Counted from the first letter of the whole stretch, positions 36,467 to 49,197 are shown. The stretch is 63,858 bases of DNA, filler included, from Squatina squatina (GCA_031763465.1; 4 parts of 4 records of this genome joined end to end with filler, not necessarily neighbours in it), one strand, 5' to 3'. A program made the numbers and translations. The notes: a model not told the origin generated them from the sequence alone.

Positions 36467-36482
36467 GCTGTTTGGATCATGA
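36467..36482 (+). CDS. SMIM7: SMIM7 last coding exon (to stop), followed by 3' UTR
   Basis: Branch-like CTAAT, tract TTTGTTTTTTTGTTTCCAG, then G CTG TTT GGA TCA TGA = (V)LFGS*, the SMIM7 C-terminus. Exons 1, 3 and 4 were not seen and presumably lie in gaps. Confidence 0.85.
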
Positions 36483-38297
36483 AACCTATCGATGCTGTGG
36501 AAATGATGCAATTCAGGACACCCCCTGAACTTGGATTTTTAGCAGACTCTTTCCCTTCTCCATTATAATTTCTACATTTGCTCAACTTTGAGGGTCAACT
36601 TTTTCAGTGTCCTTTTCCATACTTACACGTCCAAAGTCTGGTTGTTCTGTAACAGCAGCTACAGAAGAGATAGCACCTGCCCAGTGTAACTATCCCAGAA
36701 TTTTGCCCATACTCCCTGGACAGATCATGTGTTCAAGAAGTTTCCCCCACACCGTGGCACTGCACAGTTGGAAGAGCTGGGTTGCTAGTACTTATCCACA
36801 TAGTTCTGCTTTAGTTCACTCCAGATAAAAACTGATCCAGATCTAAAACTTCAGGCTCTGATGTGCTGCTGAAATCCCCCGGTATAAAAACACTTTTCAA
36901 ATATTAAAATTATGTTGAATTAGGTTGCCGCTATCTCAACAAATTCATTCTGCGTTTGAAGAATTCGTAAACAGGACAATTGTTTTGATATTACAAAATG
37001 ATACTTGTTTTTGTACAGCTAGCTGGTACTGATTGCTCAAACTGCTATCCACAAATGTACTGAGCTGCACAAAATCTAAGAATCTAAGTTTGGAAAGCAC
37101 TGTGCCCACCATTATCACACTGGTCCTGGCTGGCATAGGAATAACAGCTTATTAACCCACTATGTTTGGTAGACTCCAGAGATGGTGAGGTTTTTCTGTG
37201 CCATTAAGCACCAAATTATCAGTTATCATGGAGCAAGGCCTCATCCCGACTCTCAGCACTACAACATCTTTGCCTCGTAATGCAACAGAGCAGCGACTCC
37301 AGTTGTGCAAAGTACATCCCAATTTGTCAACACACTGGTTGAGTTATGTTTCTCATCGAAAAGAATATTTCCTATTCCGCTATTGAATAATGCTCTTTTT
37401 AAACCAAACTTCAGCTACCCAATCTTTTTATTTCAGGCCCTTTGCAAGAAATGGAAACAGTTATTCTCACTTCATTCTGAATGTTACATGTCCAAACCAA
37501 AATTGGAATTCGTCAACTGCTTCTCACTTCTTTTAATGTTTAAAAAGAAAAAGGCTATTTTTACAAGTCCATGTGAAGAGACAGTGTCATGTGGGACTTC
37601 TTTGAGGTGCCTATATCATATTTCCTCCTTCCCGTAAAAGGGTGTAGTATATCACAGATGAGTTAAAAAATGTCATTAAATAATGCATAATGGATTTCTG
37701 AGTTAAAGAAGCTCCAGAAATTACGGCCCGAAGAAAAAATGCAAAAAGTCCCTTTAAATAAGCCAAATCCAAACTGATTGCCCATCTAACTTTACAGATA
37801 TTACTTAACATGTATTAGGCACCAACTCCGAAATAAATTCACAACTGAAACAAATCTGAATTGACTCAGCTCGGTGGATCCCAATTCAGATCATGCATGA
37901 CATTAATTTGGGGAAGATTTCCTCTCTGCTCTATGCACAAGGAAATTGTAAAGCATATGGTGAAATTTCCCAAGGTTTCATGCTGCCAGCAAGTGGCTTG
38001 TTGGAAAATCACAGGTGCACTGACTGCAATTTTCCATCAATTAATGTCAATGGGCAAAAAATGCATCCATGATTTCCTGAAAAGCCATCCCAATGGCGCG
38101 GAAACTTGGAATATTCCACTCATCATTTATAATTAACTTTACGATTTCAGTGCACATAAGCACACAAAGAGAATCTGCTCCCATTTTAGTATCATGCCCA
38201 TTGATTATGCTGCCCCTCTGGTTTAATGATCTTTGTTGTCAGCCATTATAAGGTCCCAATTTAGGTCTATTTTTCTCATTCTGTACATGAAAGCCCT

Positions 38298-38500
38298 GGG
38301 GGGCAAAATTCCCCTATTTTCTCCCATTTAGCACCTCCGAGGAGTGAAAACTAAATCAAAATGGCGGTGCGAGGCATCCATCTTGCCTCCTGGGAAATGC
38401 CCTGGGGGCCCCGGAGGCACAAACCACCGGGGAATTTCACGGGCACGCCAACCCTTTAGTGCTCCACCGCGACTCCTCAGCGCCCCCCGCGCCCACCCGT
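38298..38500. mobile_element. GC-rich Harbinger-like MITE end
   Basis: Begins GGGGGGCAAAATTCCCC, is CpG-rich and is truncated by a gap. Confidence 0.45.
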
Positions 38501-41284
38501 NNNNNNNNNNNNNNNNNNNNNNNNNNNNNNNNNNNNNNNNNNNNNNNNNNNNNNNNNNNNNNNNNNNNNNNNNNNNNNNNNNNNNNNNNNNNNNNNNNNN
38601 TAGGGCTATTCAACTGCTGGTGACATCACAGTCAAATATAATTTTGTCCTCATCCGGCATCAACAAAGTGATTCTGGTGTAGTTTCCGTTCCCTAGCCAA
38701 GTGGCATTGAGGCCAATTGTAATCCATCTATTGCCACCCCAGCTGAGATCTGCTACCTCAGCACAGTCTCACTTACACATTGCTTTTAGCAGCTGAACCA
38801 TCAGGGGAGCTGAGTTAGCCAGGCTTGCCTATGCTGGGCTCAGAGTGGTCTTAGAACCTATATGACATTTGACGCTGCTGAAAATAAACTCCTCAATGGA
38901 ATACTGACATAACAGCTGAATACTTGTACTAACATGCAAATAAGGTGGAAAGATTTCATTTGTTTGACAGACTGGACCTCCTTCTTCCCCAAAATAACCA
39001 ATAATTGCAGGTTTGGATTAATCTCTGTCAGTTGATTGATAATGTGTGATGTCTAATTTATCCTTCAGAGCTGAGTAATCGTTCACAAGTTATATTCTGC
39101 ATCAAATGGGGATTTTCTTAGAAGAGGGTGCACTATTATTAACCCTTTCATTGACACATTTTCCAGCCAGTTTTAACACTATAAATCATCACAGACAAGA
39201 TTCACATTTTGTCAGCCAAATTGGACTGGTAGTGTGTTAGAATACCTGAAAAACTGATTACTCCAATGCAGCATGCTCTTGGCGGCAATTCAAGCACAGA
39301 AGCAATTTTTTTTTTAGCTGACAGAATTGCATGTGCATGTTGAGCATGACTGACTAACCTGAAATCCAGCCTTGTTACACTTGTAATTCTCTGAGGTTAA
39401 TTCTAGCTAATCTGTGTGTGGCAGTTTTACTTTGAGCTGCATGAAACATTTCTTGTCCTCTTATGAAAGAGGAATAGAAAGAAAATTGCCTCATTTTATA
39501 TAAATGAACATGTTTCTTTTTGTCACTTTGGTCAGAGATGAGATTCTTGAATCTATTATTGACTAAAGGGAAATCATTTGCATTGTGTGAAACTGAAGAA
39601 TGGGACGTGATAAACAACTGTTTGCACGTGTATACCAACACATCTGGCCATTTAATGGAGTTTAAAATGGAATATACAGAAAGATGATTTTATTAATAAA
39701 AAATACCACATGTTTAGTNNNNNNNNNNNNNNNNNNNNNNNNNNNNNNNNNNNNNNNNNNNNNNNNNNNNNNNNNNNNNNNNNNNNNNNNNNNNNNNNNN
39801 NNNNNNNNNNNNNNNNNNTTATGCGGTTTGTACTGTAAAATGTGTACATTTTTAGAAACTCCCCCCAAAAATTCTGAAGTTTGAGGCAATTTCATATACC
39901 AGGTGCATCTGAGAAATCCGCACAAAGCAGGCTTGAGTCCCGCAGTCTTTTTGTTAAATTAGTACTCTTGTGCTCACTATTTTTGGTTGATTTCCTTCTC
40001 ATTAATATGATATGTTGGTGCAGGAAAATGAAACAATGTATTTATTGCAAGTAGCGTGGGCATCGAAGTCTTCTACATCAGATGTCGCAAGGGCCTCAAG
40101 TGGAGCAAAGCTCTATCTGCACTGGCTTAACATGCCCAACTTGAGTGCAGAACCACACCTATCTGAGTGCTTATTGCAGGGGCTGCATTTGAACCCAGGT
40201 TCCAGAGGAGAAGGAAACTCCACTCACTGAGTATTTCTGCACTATTCATTGGCTGTGATGGCAATTGCTCCTGAACCTCTGAAACCTCACCCTGAGGAAG
40301 TGGGAGTGCGTCTGATTGAACCTCTCTCCCTCCGAGTGTATCATTGAGATCTGGAAGGAGCATGTGTGGGAGTTGCAGGATTATCTTGCTTCAGTATTTA
40401 GTTAGATTGTACTGTGATGAGTTGATTTTTAGATTGATTTCTCTTTTTAAACTGACCAAGTTTCTGATTTCTTAGACTGCACACGCATTCCTAATTATTG
40501 ACCTATGGGGCATTAAGAAATAGCTTGCCTCTATATAGTACCTTACGTCCTTCAGACACCCGAGAGTGCTTCACCTCCAGTGAATTACAACTTGAAAGGT
40601 CATCACTGTTATGGAGGCAATAGTGTAAAAATATGTGTAGTGTCTCTTAATTCAATGTTGCCTAATTTGAATTCAAATTGTGCAACAAAAAAAAATGCTG
40701 TTTTATTTAAATTGCTTAATTCGAATTACTGAATAATTGAAAAATCAATGTGAATTAACGGATGTACTGCAGTTAACTAAAAACAGCACAAAAACATCTA
40801 GATTGGTACAGCTCCGAAGAATTAAGCTGTAGTTTTTATGTGCCTGCCCGTCCCGTCTGAACTGCCTGGCTACCAGGACCAACTTGTGTCTCTGTCACTC
40901 AATTGTGATTGTTTGAATAAAAATAGCCTCCCATAAATAGTGACTTATGTATCTATGCTTCATGGTGACCTGTTAATCTGCAATACAAAGGTTCCCAGTA
41001 CATTCTGAGAGAGTCTGCTAACTGAGCAAATGGCAGGACTAAATAATGGGATAACACCTCCTGTAAAGTGCCTTGGGATGTTTTGCTATGTTAAAAGGTG
41101 CTGTATAAATGCAAGTTGTTTGAAAGCATTGGGTTTGAAATTCTGCAAGCAGAGCACTTGCTCATGATTTGAATGCTAACTTGGAAATCAAAATACTGTG
41201 CATTCTGTTCTGTTCACAGTCTGTAAAACATGTTCACCAATGTGAGTGGTGTAATCACTAATGTTTTCTGTTTCTGCCTTCCAG

Positions 41285-41359
41285 ATCCGTAACATGGTGG
41301 CGGTGCTGGAGGTGATCTCCAGCTTGGAGAAGTATCCCATTACCAAAGAGGCCCTTGAG
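41285..41359 (+). CDS. MED26: MED26 exon 2 (75 nt), TFIIS-N/LW domain
   Basis: TTTCTGCCTTCCAG acceptor and GTAAAT donor. Encodes IRNMVAVLEVISSLEKYPITKEALE, in frame with the next exon (ETRLGKLINDVRKK). Not in the ORF track. Confidence 0.96.
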
Positions 41360-43356
41360 GTAAATAGTTCCTGAACACTGTGCTCGGGTGGGATCAGAGG
41401 AGAGTAGAGGGAATATGGGGAGCATTCAGGGAGAACATTTTGAGGGCTATTGTGCTACTGCATGTAAGTAAAGTTTTAAGTCTATTGTAGTTCTTGGTTT
41501 TACATGTGCAGCTTGATAAATCACCTGTTAAACACCACCAAGTTGATAAAATGAGATGTCATAGGTAGGGATTTTTTTCTCAAGTACTGTCTTTCATATC
41601 TCCACATAGGCCAGTTTTTCAATTTGTGTAAACCTTTATGCTTGTACGTATCGGCAGCCTTGACTAAGATGGAGACGAAATGGAGAGCAGCTTTGTACCC
41701 AGTGTTCATGATCTTTTCACCGTTTATACTGTGGGGTGTATTCAACAATGATAACTGCATGTGTGTAAGGTTCACACAAGCACAGGTTCTCCAAGTCATT
41801 GAGAGTTTGAAATAATTGCAAATGCATTAAGTTGTGCAGTTAGTACTGCCGTGTCTATTCTTGGGAGATCTGTGGGGCCACTAATGTCAAAAGTGCAATG
41901 GTTGGTTCAGAACTCTCTCCATTTGTAACTAGATCTTTAAGTGGCAGGGCTAACCCAAGTGCTGAAGCAGCGATTTACATTTGTCACCATTGGAACCCAG
42001 CAGTCAGAAACATTGGAGAAATCCTACCCAAGCTGAGTCTTGGTGGCTTCAATGGCACAGAGGTTGTTTTGTTTAAATATTTGCCTCCAGTGCTCTCGTT
42101 GGCTGAGGCAGTCGTATAAGTTAATGAGGTTTAAGAGAACAGCATTGGCAGAGCCTTGAGTGCATGTTGCCTGCCATCTTGGTCTGATTATGGTGAGAGT
42201 CCAAGGGAACCGTAAAAAGAGCTGGGANNNNNNNNNNNNNNNNNNNNNNNNNNNNNNNNNNNNNNNNNNNNNNNNNNNNNNNNNNNNNNNNNNNNNNNNN
42301 NNNNNNNNNNNNNNNNNNNNNNNNNNNTACAAAAGTGAGCTGGTCAGTTTCCTGACCTGGAACTGCTGCTGCCTTTGTAAACGTCTTTCAAAAATTAACA
42401 CACAAGTTTCAAGTACTATTGAATAAGATGGTGAGGCAATATATACACAGAGTTCCTACTGAATAATTGTTGCCTGCATTGTGGTGAGGGACGCAACCCT
42501 TGCAGCATGTCTGGGCCATGGTTGTTTTACTGTCCAACGTTTTTAGCGGACAAACCGCATTAACCTCGTGCCCACTATAAGCGGTGCAGACTGTAGCATG
42601 TTTAGCGCACATTTCCTGTCCATCACACTCCTCTTTTGCACTCATTTCTGTTGCATTTGATGCCTAAATACCTGCATTCTTAATTAACCTCTATGAATTT
42701 ACCCGGTAACCAATTAGACTGTACATCATTAAAGTCACACACTTCAATATTTATGCAAAATATACAAAACAGTGCATCATCCGACTGAGTATTGCCATGG
42801 GCGATTTGTTTATCTTTTTTAAACAAAGCATTACTGGGATCCCAGAGAATATTTACCTTTAGCTCGAGATCCAGACATAGGGCAATAGATGCAACAACAC
42901 AATGCAAGGTTTTGTTTAATTATGAATGGTTAATGAAGTTAAATCTCTTAATAGAAAAAGATTACAGGAAAATGCAATTCAACAAGTAAATGAAGTTGTT
43001 ATGGAGGATTATAGAAAGATATTAAACAAATTCAGGAGTGAGAGGACATTATAAATTTAAGAAACTATAAGTTAAGGGCTGCTGACTAGTGGGCTGGACT
43101 TTTTTCTAAATTACAGCATTGGACATTTTTCTCTGCTGAAGATGCTGTATAAATGCAAGTTGTTGAGACCTTGCGCTGCACCAGTTGCTAACTGAGATGT
43201 GATATTCAAAAAGATGTCCATCCTTGATTCAGCATGAGAGGAAGGCTGGGTAGGGGTAACAAACGATTGAGAAGGGGTCCATGTTGAGGGTTGGATGACT
43301 GCAGGGTTATTCAAGCCCGATCTTTGTTACTGACATTCAGTTCTTTGCCTTTCCAG

Positions 43357-45168
43357 GAAACGAGGCTGGGGAAGCTCATCAACGATGTACGGAAGAAAAC
43401 CAAGAATGAGGAGCTTGCGAAGCGTGCCAAGAAACTGCTGCGGAGCTGGCAAAAGTTGCTGGTCGAGCCAGTCGGCCAGATTGAGTCTGTGCCCAGAGCG
43501 CTACCCAACTCCCCCGGCTCAGCCAATGGTGGAGCTCATGCCTACAAGCATGACTTGCCGTCTCTGGCCACCAGCACTGCAACAGGGGGAGCCAAGCCAG
43601 TACCAGATCTGAAAAGCAAGAATGACGTGCATAACTCCTACTCTCTGCTTGCTGACAAGCAGGGCAATCGGAAGCGGAAAGGGGAACACCGGGATGGCAT
43701 GAAGGGTCCACCATCCAAAGTTCCAAAGGTCAATAATGAACAGNNNNNNNNNNNNNNNNNNNNNNNNNNNNNNNNNNNNNNNNNNNNNNNNNNNNNNNNN
43801 NNNNNNNNNNNNNNNNNNNNNNNNNNNNNNNNNNNNNNNNNNNNNNNNNNNNNNNNNNNNNNNNNNNNNNNNNNNNNNNNNNNNNNNNNNNNNNNNNNNN
43901 NNNNNNNNNNNNNNNNNNNNNNNNNNNNNNNNNNNNNNNNNNNNNNNNNNNNNNNNNNNNNNNNNNNNNNNNNNNNNNNNNCTATTCTGCAGCAGCATGG
44001 AAAGACGGATGATTGTGGGGGGCGTTATCGACCCAGTAGCCCCCGCTGTCAATCATTTAGCCCGAGGACTTTTAAACAAGAGATGTTGGGGAAACCCTCC
44101 ACGACATATGCACCCAAAGGCTCTGTATCTAGCCCATCCCAGAGCTTTACAGGAACATCTGCTCAAGCAGGTTCTGATTCCGATAGGACAACGTCCCACT
44201 TACCCAAGAACAATATTCAGGTGCCATCCCCTGTGCCTGTATTGCAGCTAGCCACGACACCACCTCTGCCACCCCAGGCAAAAGGCTTGCACCCGCCAGG
44301 GACCGAAAGCCCCTTAGATCGGCTAGGACACACACCTGGTTTAGAAACCCTTGGTGAAAACCAATTGCAGCACCATTCTGCGCCAACACTACAGCAGCAG
44401 GACTCACCGTACCCCTCGCACAGCCCCAATTCATCAACTTCACATCGCAGGGAATCCTTGCACAGTCATGAGTTGGAAGCAGCGATGGGAGAGTTGTCCT
44501 CCAATGAGTGTGCCTCTTTTGGTTATGATGGCAAAAAGTCATCCAAGAAAAAATACAGGTCTAGAGACTATCNNNNNNNNNNNNNNNNNNNNNNNNNNNN
44601 NNNNNNNNNNNNNNNNNNNNNNNNNNNNNNNNNNNNNNNNNNNNNNNNNNNNNNNNNNNNNNNNNNNNNNNNNNNNNNCCACAAGGATTCATCTCAGGCT
44701 GAAAGCCCGGTTCCACCTGAGCCCCATCGAACCACCGAAATTGTACAGGAACAGAGGGTAAACTTGCAAAGTACTTTAGATCAAACAAACTGGAAGGAGT
44801 TATCCAAAAATGAAATTATTCAGTCATACTTATCGAGACAGAGCTGCCTTCTTTCATCCTCGGGAGTGCAGCCACCAGGAGGTCACATTGTTGAGTTTCT
44901 ACAGCATGAAAGCCACAGGTATAGCACTAGCACAGAGGCCCGCGAGGTCCACGTATTAGTACCTACCGACTCTCCCTCAGAACTTCCTGGAGTCAGTAGG
45001 GAGATCAAAGACTCGGACGTTCACCGTATACACCAACAACACTGGGCAGGTGTAAACGGTTGCTTGGACAACCATGGCAAATGGTATGATTGGACGCAGG
45101 GCATATCTTTGGACCCTCATGGTGATCAGGGACAATTGCACATACTGCCGTACGTCTGTCTAGACTGA
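43357..45168 (+). CDS. MED26: MED26 (Mediator subunit 26) large terminal exon with two internal gaps
   Basis: Acceptor TTTGCCTTTCCAG ends at 43356. Encodes ETRLGKLINDVRKKTKNEELAKRAKKLLRSWQKL ... NWKELSKNEIIQSYLSRQS ... WYDWTQGISLDPHGDQGQLHILPYVCLD*. Confidence 0.97.
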   Translation, partial: ETRLGKLINDVRKKTKNEELAKRAKKLLRSWQKLLVEPVGQIESVPRALPNSPGSANGGAHAYKHDLPSLATSTATGGAKPVPDLKSKNDVHNSYSLLADKQGNRKRKGEHRDGMKGPPSKVPKVNNEQXXXXXXXXXXXXXXXXXXXXXXXXXXXXXXXXXXXXXXXXXXXXXXXXXXXXXXXXXXXXXXXXXXXXXXXXXXXXXXXXILQQHGKTDDCGGRYRPSSPRCQSFSPRTFKQEMLGKPSTTYAPKGSVSSPSQSFTGTSAQAGSDSDRTTSHLPKNNIQVPSPVPVLQLATTPPLPPQAKGLHPPGTESPLDRLGHTPGLETLGENQLQHHSAPTLQQQDSPYPSHSPNSSTSHRRESLHSHELEAAMGELSSNECASFGYDGKKSSKKKYRSRDYXXXXXXXXXXXXXXXXXXXXXXXXXXXXXXXXXXXXHKDSSQAESPVPPEPHRTTEIVQEQRVNLQSTLDQTNWKELSKNEIIQSYLSRQSCLLSSSGVQPPGGHIVEFLQHESHRYSTSTEAREVHVLVPTDSPSELPGVSREIKDSDVHRIHQQHWAGVNGCLDNHGKWYDWTQGISLDPHGDQGQLHILPYVCLD

Positions 45169-46380
45169 TCGCTAGTGCCCATTTGGCGTGCTTTGAGGTT
45201 TAAGGTCAGCTGGCAGCAAACAAGTGGCTCCCACTTACTGGAAACGAGCAAAAGCCTCCAGAATGNNNNNNNNNNNNNNNNNNNNNNNNNNNNNNNNNNN
45301 NNNNNNNNNNNNNNNNNNNNNNNNNNNNNNNNNNNNNNNNNNNNNNNNNNNNNNNNNNNNNNNNNNNNNNNNNNNNNNNNNNNNNNNNNNNNNNNNNNNN
45401 NNNNNNNNNNNNNNNNNNNNNNNNNNNNNNNNNNNNNNNNNNNNNNNNNNNNNNNNNNNNNNNNNNNNNNNNNNNNNNNNNNNNNNNNNNNNNNNNNNNN
45501 NNNNNNNNNNNNNNNNNNNNNNNNNNNNNNNNNNNNNNNNNNNNNNNNNNNNNNNNNNNNNNNNNNNNNNNNNNNNNNNNNNNNNNNNNNNNNNNNNNNN
45601 NNNNNNNNNNNNNNNNNNNNNNNNNNNNNNNNNNNNNNNNNNNNNNNNNNNNNNNNNNNNNNNNNNNNNNNNNNNNNNNNNNNNNNNNNNNNNNNNNNNN
45701 NNNNNNNNNNNNNNNNNNNNNNNNNNNNNNNNNNNNNNNNNNNNNNNNNNNNNNNNNNNNNNNNNNNNNNNNNNNNNNNNNNNNNNNNNNNNNNNNNNNN
45801 NNNNNNNNNNNNNNNNNNNNNNNNNNNNNNNNNNNNNNNNNNNNNNNNNNNNNNNNNNNNNNNNNNNNNNNNNNNNNNGGGATAAAATCCTTGGGTCTTC
45901 ACGATCTAGGTTTCAAAATGTTTATATTAAAAAAAAAACTACTTTAGGAAGTCAAAGATTTGGTTTGTGCTTTTTTATGCTCCCACCACCAGCCAAAATT
46001 CAAACGTTGACTTTATAATTTTGTTCTCCGCTTTGCTCTCCTCTTGCTTGATCTCCACAAACATTCTCACTTCTCCAAATCCCAAAGTGGAAAAAAAAAA
46101 GAGGGTGCTACTAGTTTGCAACTTTGTACTGTGAGAAGTTGATTAAAAAAAAAAATTTAAAAAAAATTTCAAAAGGAATCTGTTTGTATGCTGGAGATAT
46201 ACTTGTTACCATTCCTTTAGATATTGTTTGCCTTATGGAATCCATCATACCACAACCGCAAAAACAAGAAGCCTTAGTGAATGTACAGAAATTAGACTTC
46301 TGTGTTCCTCACAATGCAGAAGGAATGACTTTGCTATTTGGTCCTTTTAAGTGGACACGTTGTGATATAAATGTGGAAAC

Positions 46381-46386
46381 AATAAA
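46381..46386 (+). terminator. Candidate MED26 polyadenylation signal
   Basis: AATAAA at the end of an AT-rich, TE-free 3'-UTR-like stretch downstream of the stop. It merges into an A run, so it may be incidental. Confidence 0.4.
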
Positions 46387-46583
46387 AAAAAAAAAAATTT
46401 GCACAAAAAAACCTGTCCCCTTTTATTCAGAAAAAACTTCTATGGTGAATCTGTGCTTGCTTACAATAGAGAAGCACTTTTAANNNNNNNNNNNNNNNNN
46501 NNNNNNNNNNNNNNNNNNNNNNNNNNNNNNNNNNNNNNNNNNNNNNNNNNNNNNNNNNNNNNNNNNNNNNNNNNNNNNNNNNN

Positions 46584-47100
46584 GAGAAAGTGGGAACAGG
46601 GTAATGAAGTAGGCGATCAGCCATGATCATATTGAATGGCGGAGCAGGCCCGAAGGGCCAAATGGCCTACTCCTGCTCATAGTTCCTATGTTTTCTATAA
46701 GGGAGTGTCAATGGATGATATTTATATGAACCTCCAGAAGGCATTTGACCAGATTCCATACAAGAGGCTGACAAGAAAGAAAGTGCATGGGATTGGAGGC
46801 AAGCTGTTGACATGAGTAGGAAATTGATTAGGAGGTAGGAGACTGAGATTAGGGATAATGGGCAGGTGTTCTAATTGGCAGGATGTGACTAGTGGTGTCC
46901 CCCAGGGATCTGTACTGGGGCCTCAGCTTTTCGCTGTATTTATCACTGACTTAGATAAAGGAATGGAGAGCCGTGTATCCAAGTTTGCTGATGACACTAA
47001 GTTAGGTAGCACAGTAACTAGTGTAGACAGGAGCAGAAAGTTACAAAGGGATATCGATAGATTAAGTGAGTGTGCAAAGCTGTGGCAGTTGGAGTTCAAT
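46584..47100 (+). mobile_element. CR1 3' tail (46584-46697) followed by a CR1 reverse-transcriptase fragment
   Basis: ORF 46858-47181 contains TSGVPQGSVLGPQLF and SKFADDTKL (RT motifs) and ends at WQLEFN, where a SINE begins. The tail is near-identical to 57490-57626. Confidence 0.9.
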
Positions 47101-47465
47101 AGAAAGAAAGACTTGCATTTCTATAGTGCCTTTCACAACCTCAGGATAAAGCACTTTACAACCAAGCAAGTACTGTTGTAACGTAGGAAACGTGGCAGCC
47201 AGTTTGCGCACAGCAAGCTCCCACAAACAGCAATGTGATAATGACCAGATAATTTGTTTTAGGAGCTGATTGAGGGATAAATATTGGCCAGGACAACAGG
47301 GATAATTCCCTGGCTCTTAGAAATAGTGTTGTGGGATTTTTGCGTCCACCTGAGAGAGCAGACGGCATCTCGGTTTAACGTCTCATCCTAAAGACGGCAC
47401 CTCCGACAGTGGTATGTCAGCCTAAATATTTGTGCTTAAGTCTCTGGAGTGGGACTTGAACTCAC

Positions 47466-47505
<40 letters not shown>

Positions 47506-47510
47506 CCAGC
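47100..47510 (-). mobile_element. Near full-length Deu-domain SINE abutting the CR1 fragment
   Basis: Same sequence family as 31195-31540, plus a tRNA-like head (reverse complement GGCTCAGTGGGTAGCACTCTTGCCTCTGAGTCAGAAGGTTGTGAGTTCAAGTCCCACT). Confidence 0.85.
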
Positions 47511-47878
47511 TATTATTCTCAATCTCTGTTGCCAACGCCATTTCACGTGCAGATATTGAGAAATATGTTTGTTGTCAACTCAGCCACTCATTGACTTTTT
47601 GTTTCGTCCACTTATGCAAACCCCTCTGCCCCTTTAGAGCTGAGATGCTTCAGTCTGCGTGGAATGTATTCACTTGATGTTGTATGTGTGTGCGTGGTGA
47701 GAGATTGGCACCAGATACGCTCAGGACGTGGATATTTCTCACAGTAGTTAGTTTGATGGACTGTTGTACTGCGACGTGAGTAAAGATTGCTGTAAAGAGC
47801 CTGATCGCCATATAGTGGCTCAGGTGAACAGTAGGATTCCATTGATTCTAACTCCCCTCCCTTTGTTTCTCTCCCTAG

Positions 47879-47949
47879 TCAAGGCCACTATGCCTATTTG
47901 GGTGGTCCTTTTGTCCCGTATCATCATGAAGGAGAAGCAGACTATGAAG
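47879..47949 (+). CDS. SLC35E1: SLC35E1 exon 2 (71 nt), triose-phosphate/nucleotide-sugar transporter family
   Basis: TTTCTCTCCCTAG acceptor and GTACGT donor. Encodes (V)KATMPIWVVLLSRIIMKEKQTMK. Confidence 0.93.
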
Positions 47950-48865
47950 GTACGTGGGTCTGAGATTCATAGGGATGAGGGTTTGTTTTGTAACAAACTA
48001 GATTATAGAAATTTATTTTTTCCAGCTCACTCCCAGGCAGCATCCATATCATCCAAGGAAAGCTAAAGGCTAAAAGTTGGAACAAAATAAGTTGGATGTC
48101 CTGCTTTCAATTGTAAATTATATTCTAAATAAAAATTACTAATCTGGATGAGGGTGTTGAATTTTATTTCTTCTTAAAACTTCTTTTGTGGTAATTTTGT
48201 GGGTGTGCTTTGCCCACAAGCTCTGTCTCCTCTCTCCCCTTTCAAAATCTGTGCTGCTCTCAGTGAGAAGAGCAGTTGAGCTCTCCATCTCTGGTGATGC
48301 TACCAGTGTGACTGGCTCAAGCGTGTATCAGTGTTAGAGGAAGGGAGGTGTCCTGTGCCAGAACATCCTGGGGCGCCCACGGGGAGTCCCAGTGATTGCC
48401 ACCATATCCTCTCCCGATGCTGCAGCCAACACAAAGAAAACCTTTACAGCTCCTAGAAGACTGGCTTAGTTGGTACAAATACCTGTGGGAAACAGGCACT
48501 GCTTCAATAGATGAATGGTATCGCAAGAAGCACAGCTTGTCATCCACTCTAAACACATCGAGCCTAGTCATTTTGATAATTGGAGTCAACTTGCTCATTA
48601 TAATCATTCTTTATGAATTCAAAACTTTAAAAGGAAGTAGGGTAAAAATAGAAAACAGTGTCTTAGATTTAGAAGAGTAGGTAGTAAGCAGGGGAGGAAT
48701 TGTTGTTTTCTAAGACTACACTGTCTGTACAACACTTTCAGTATTTGAAACCAAAGAATAGTTGACCCAAATCTCAATGGAGATTAATTGATTAATAAAT
48801 AAAGACTGGTGTATTTAGATAGTACCTTCCATCGTTTCCTAACTGTTGAATTCGCTTCCTGCCAG

Positions 48866-49003
48866 GTCTACCTGTCATTGATCCCTATAATATCTGGAGT
48901 CTTCTTGGCGACGGTGACTGAACTCTCCTTCGATGTTTGGGGACTCGTTAGTGCACTTGCTGCCACCCTCTGCTTCTCCCTTCAGAACATCTTCTCCAAA
49001 AAG
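48866..49003 (+). CDS. SLC35E1: SLC35E1 exon 3 (138 nt)
   Basis: CTTCCTGCCAG acceptor and GTAAGG donor. Encodes [46 protein letters not shown]. Confidence 0.95.
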
Positions 49004-49097
49004 GTAAGGAACTTGCTCTGAAATTCAAGACTTGGCATCTGCCCAGATAAAATGATTGGAGACACTTTGGAAGTTGCATTGGCCTAAATTATTTTTT

Positions 49098-49197
49098 NNN
49101 NNNNNNNNNNNNNNNNNNNNNNNNNNNNNNNNNNNNNNNNNTTAATTAATTAANNNNNNNNNNNNNNNNNNNNNNNNNNNNNNNNNNNNNNNNNNNN
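49098..49197. other. Artificial scaffold spacer N44-TTAATTAATTAA-N44
   Basis: 12-mer at 49142-49153. Confidence 0.97.

Noticed and set aside
45126-46018. Long ORFs consisting mostly of X (also 61790-62488 and the many ORFs spanning 100-N gaps)
   Set aside because: Their length comes from N runs that contain no stop codons; there is no coding evidence.
47440-47510. tRNA gene (also 58935-59020)
   Set aside because: The A/B-box-like sequence is the head of a SINE and does not form a complete cloverleaf.
48396-48680. 94-aa ORF with a hydrophobic C-terminal stretch inside SLC35E1 intron 2
   Set aside because: Non-ATG start in the track, no family motif and no convincing splice signals.
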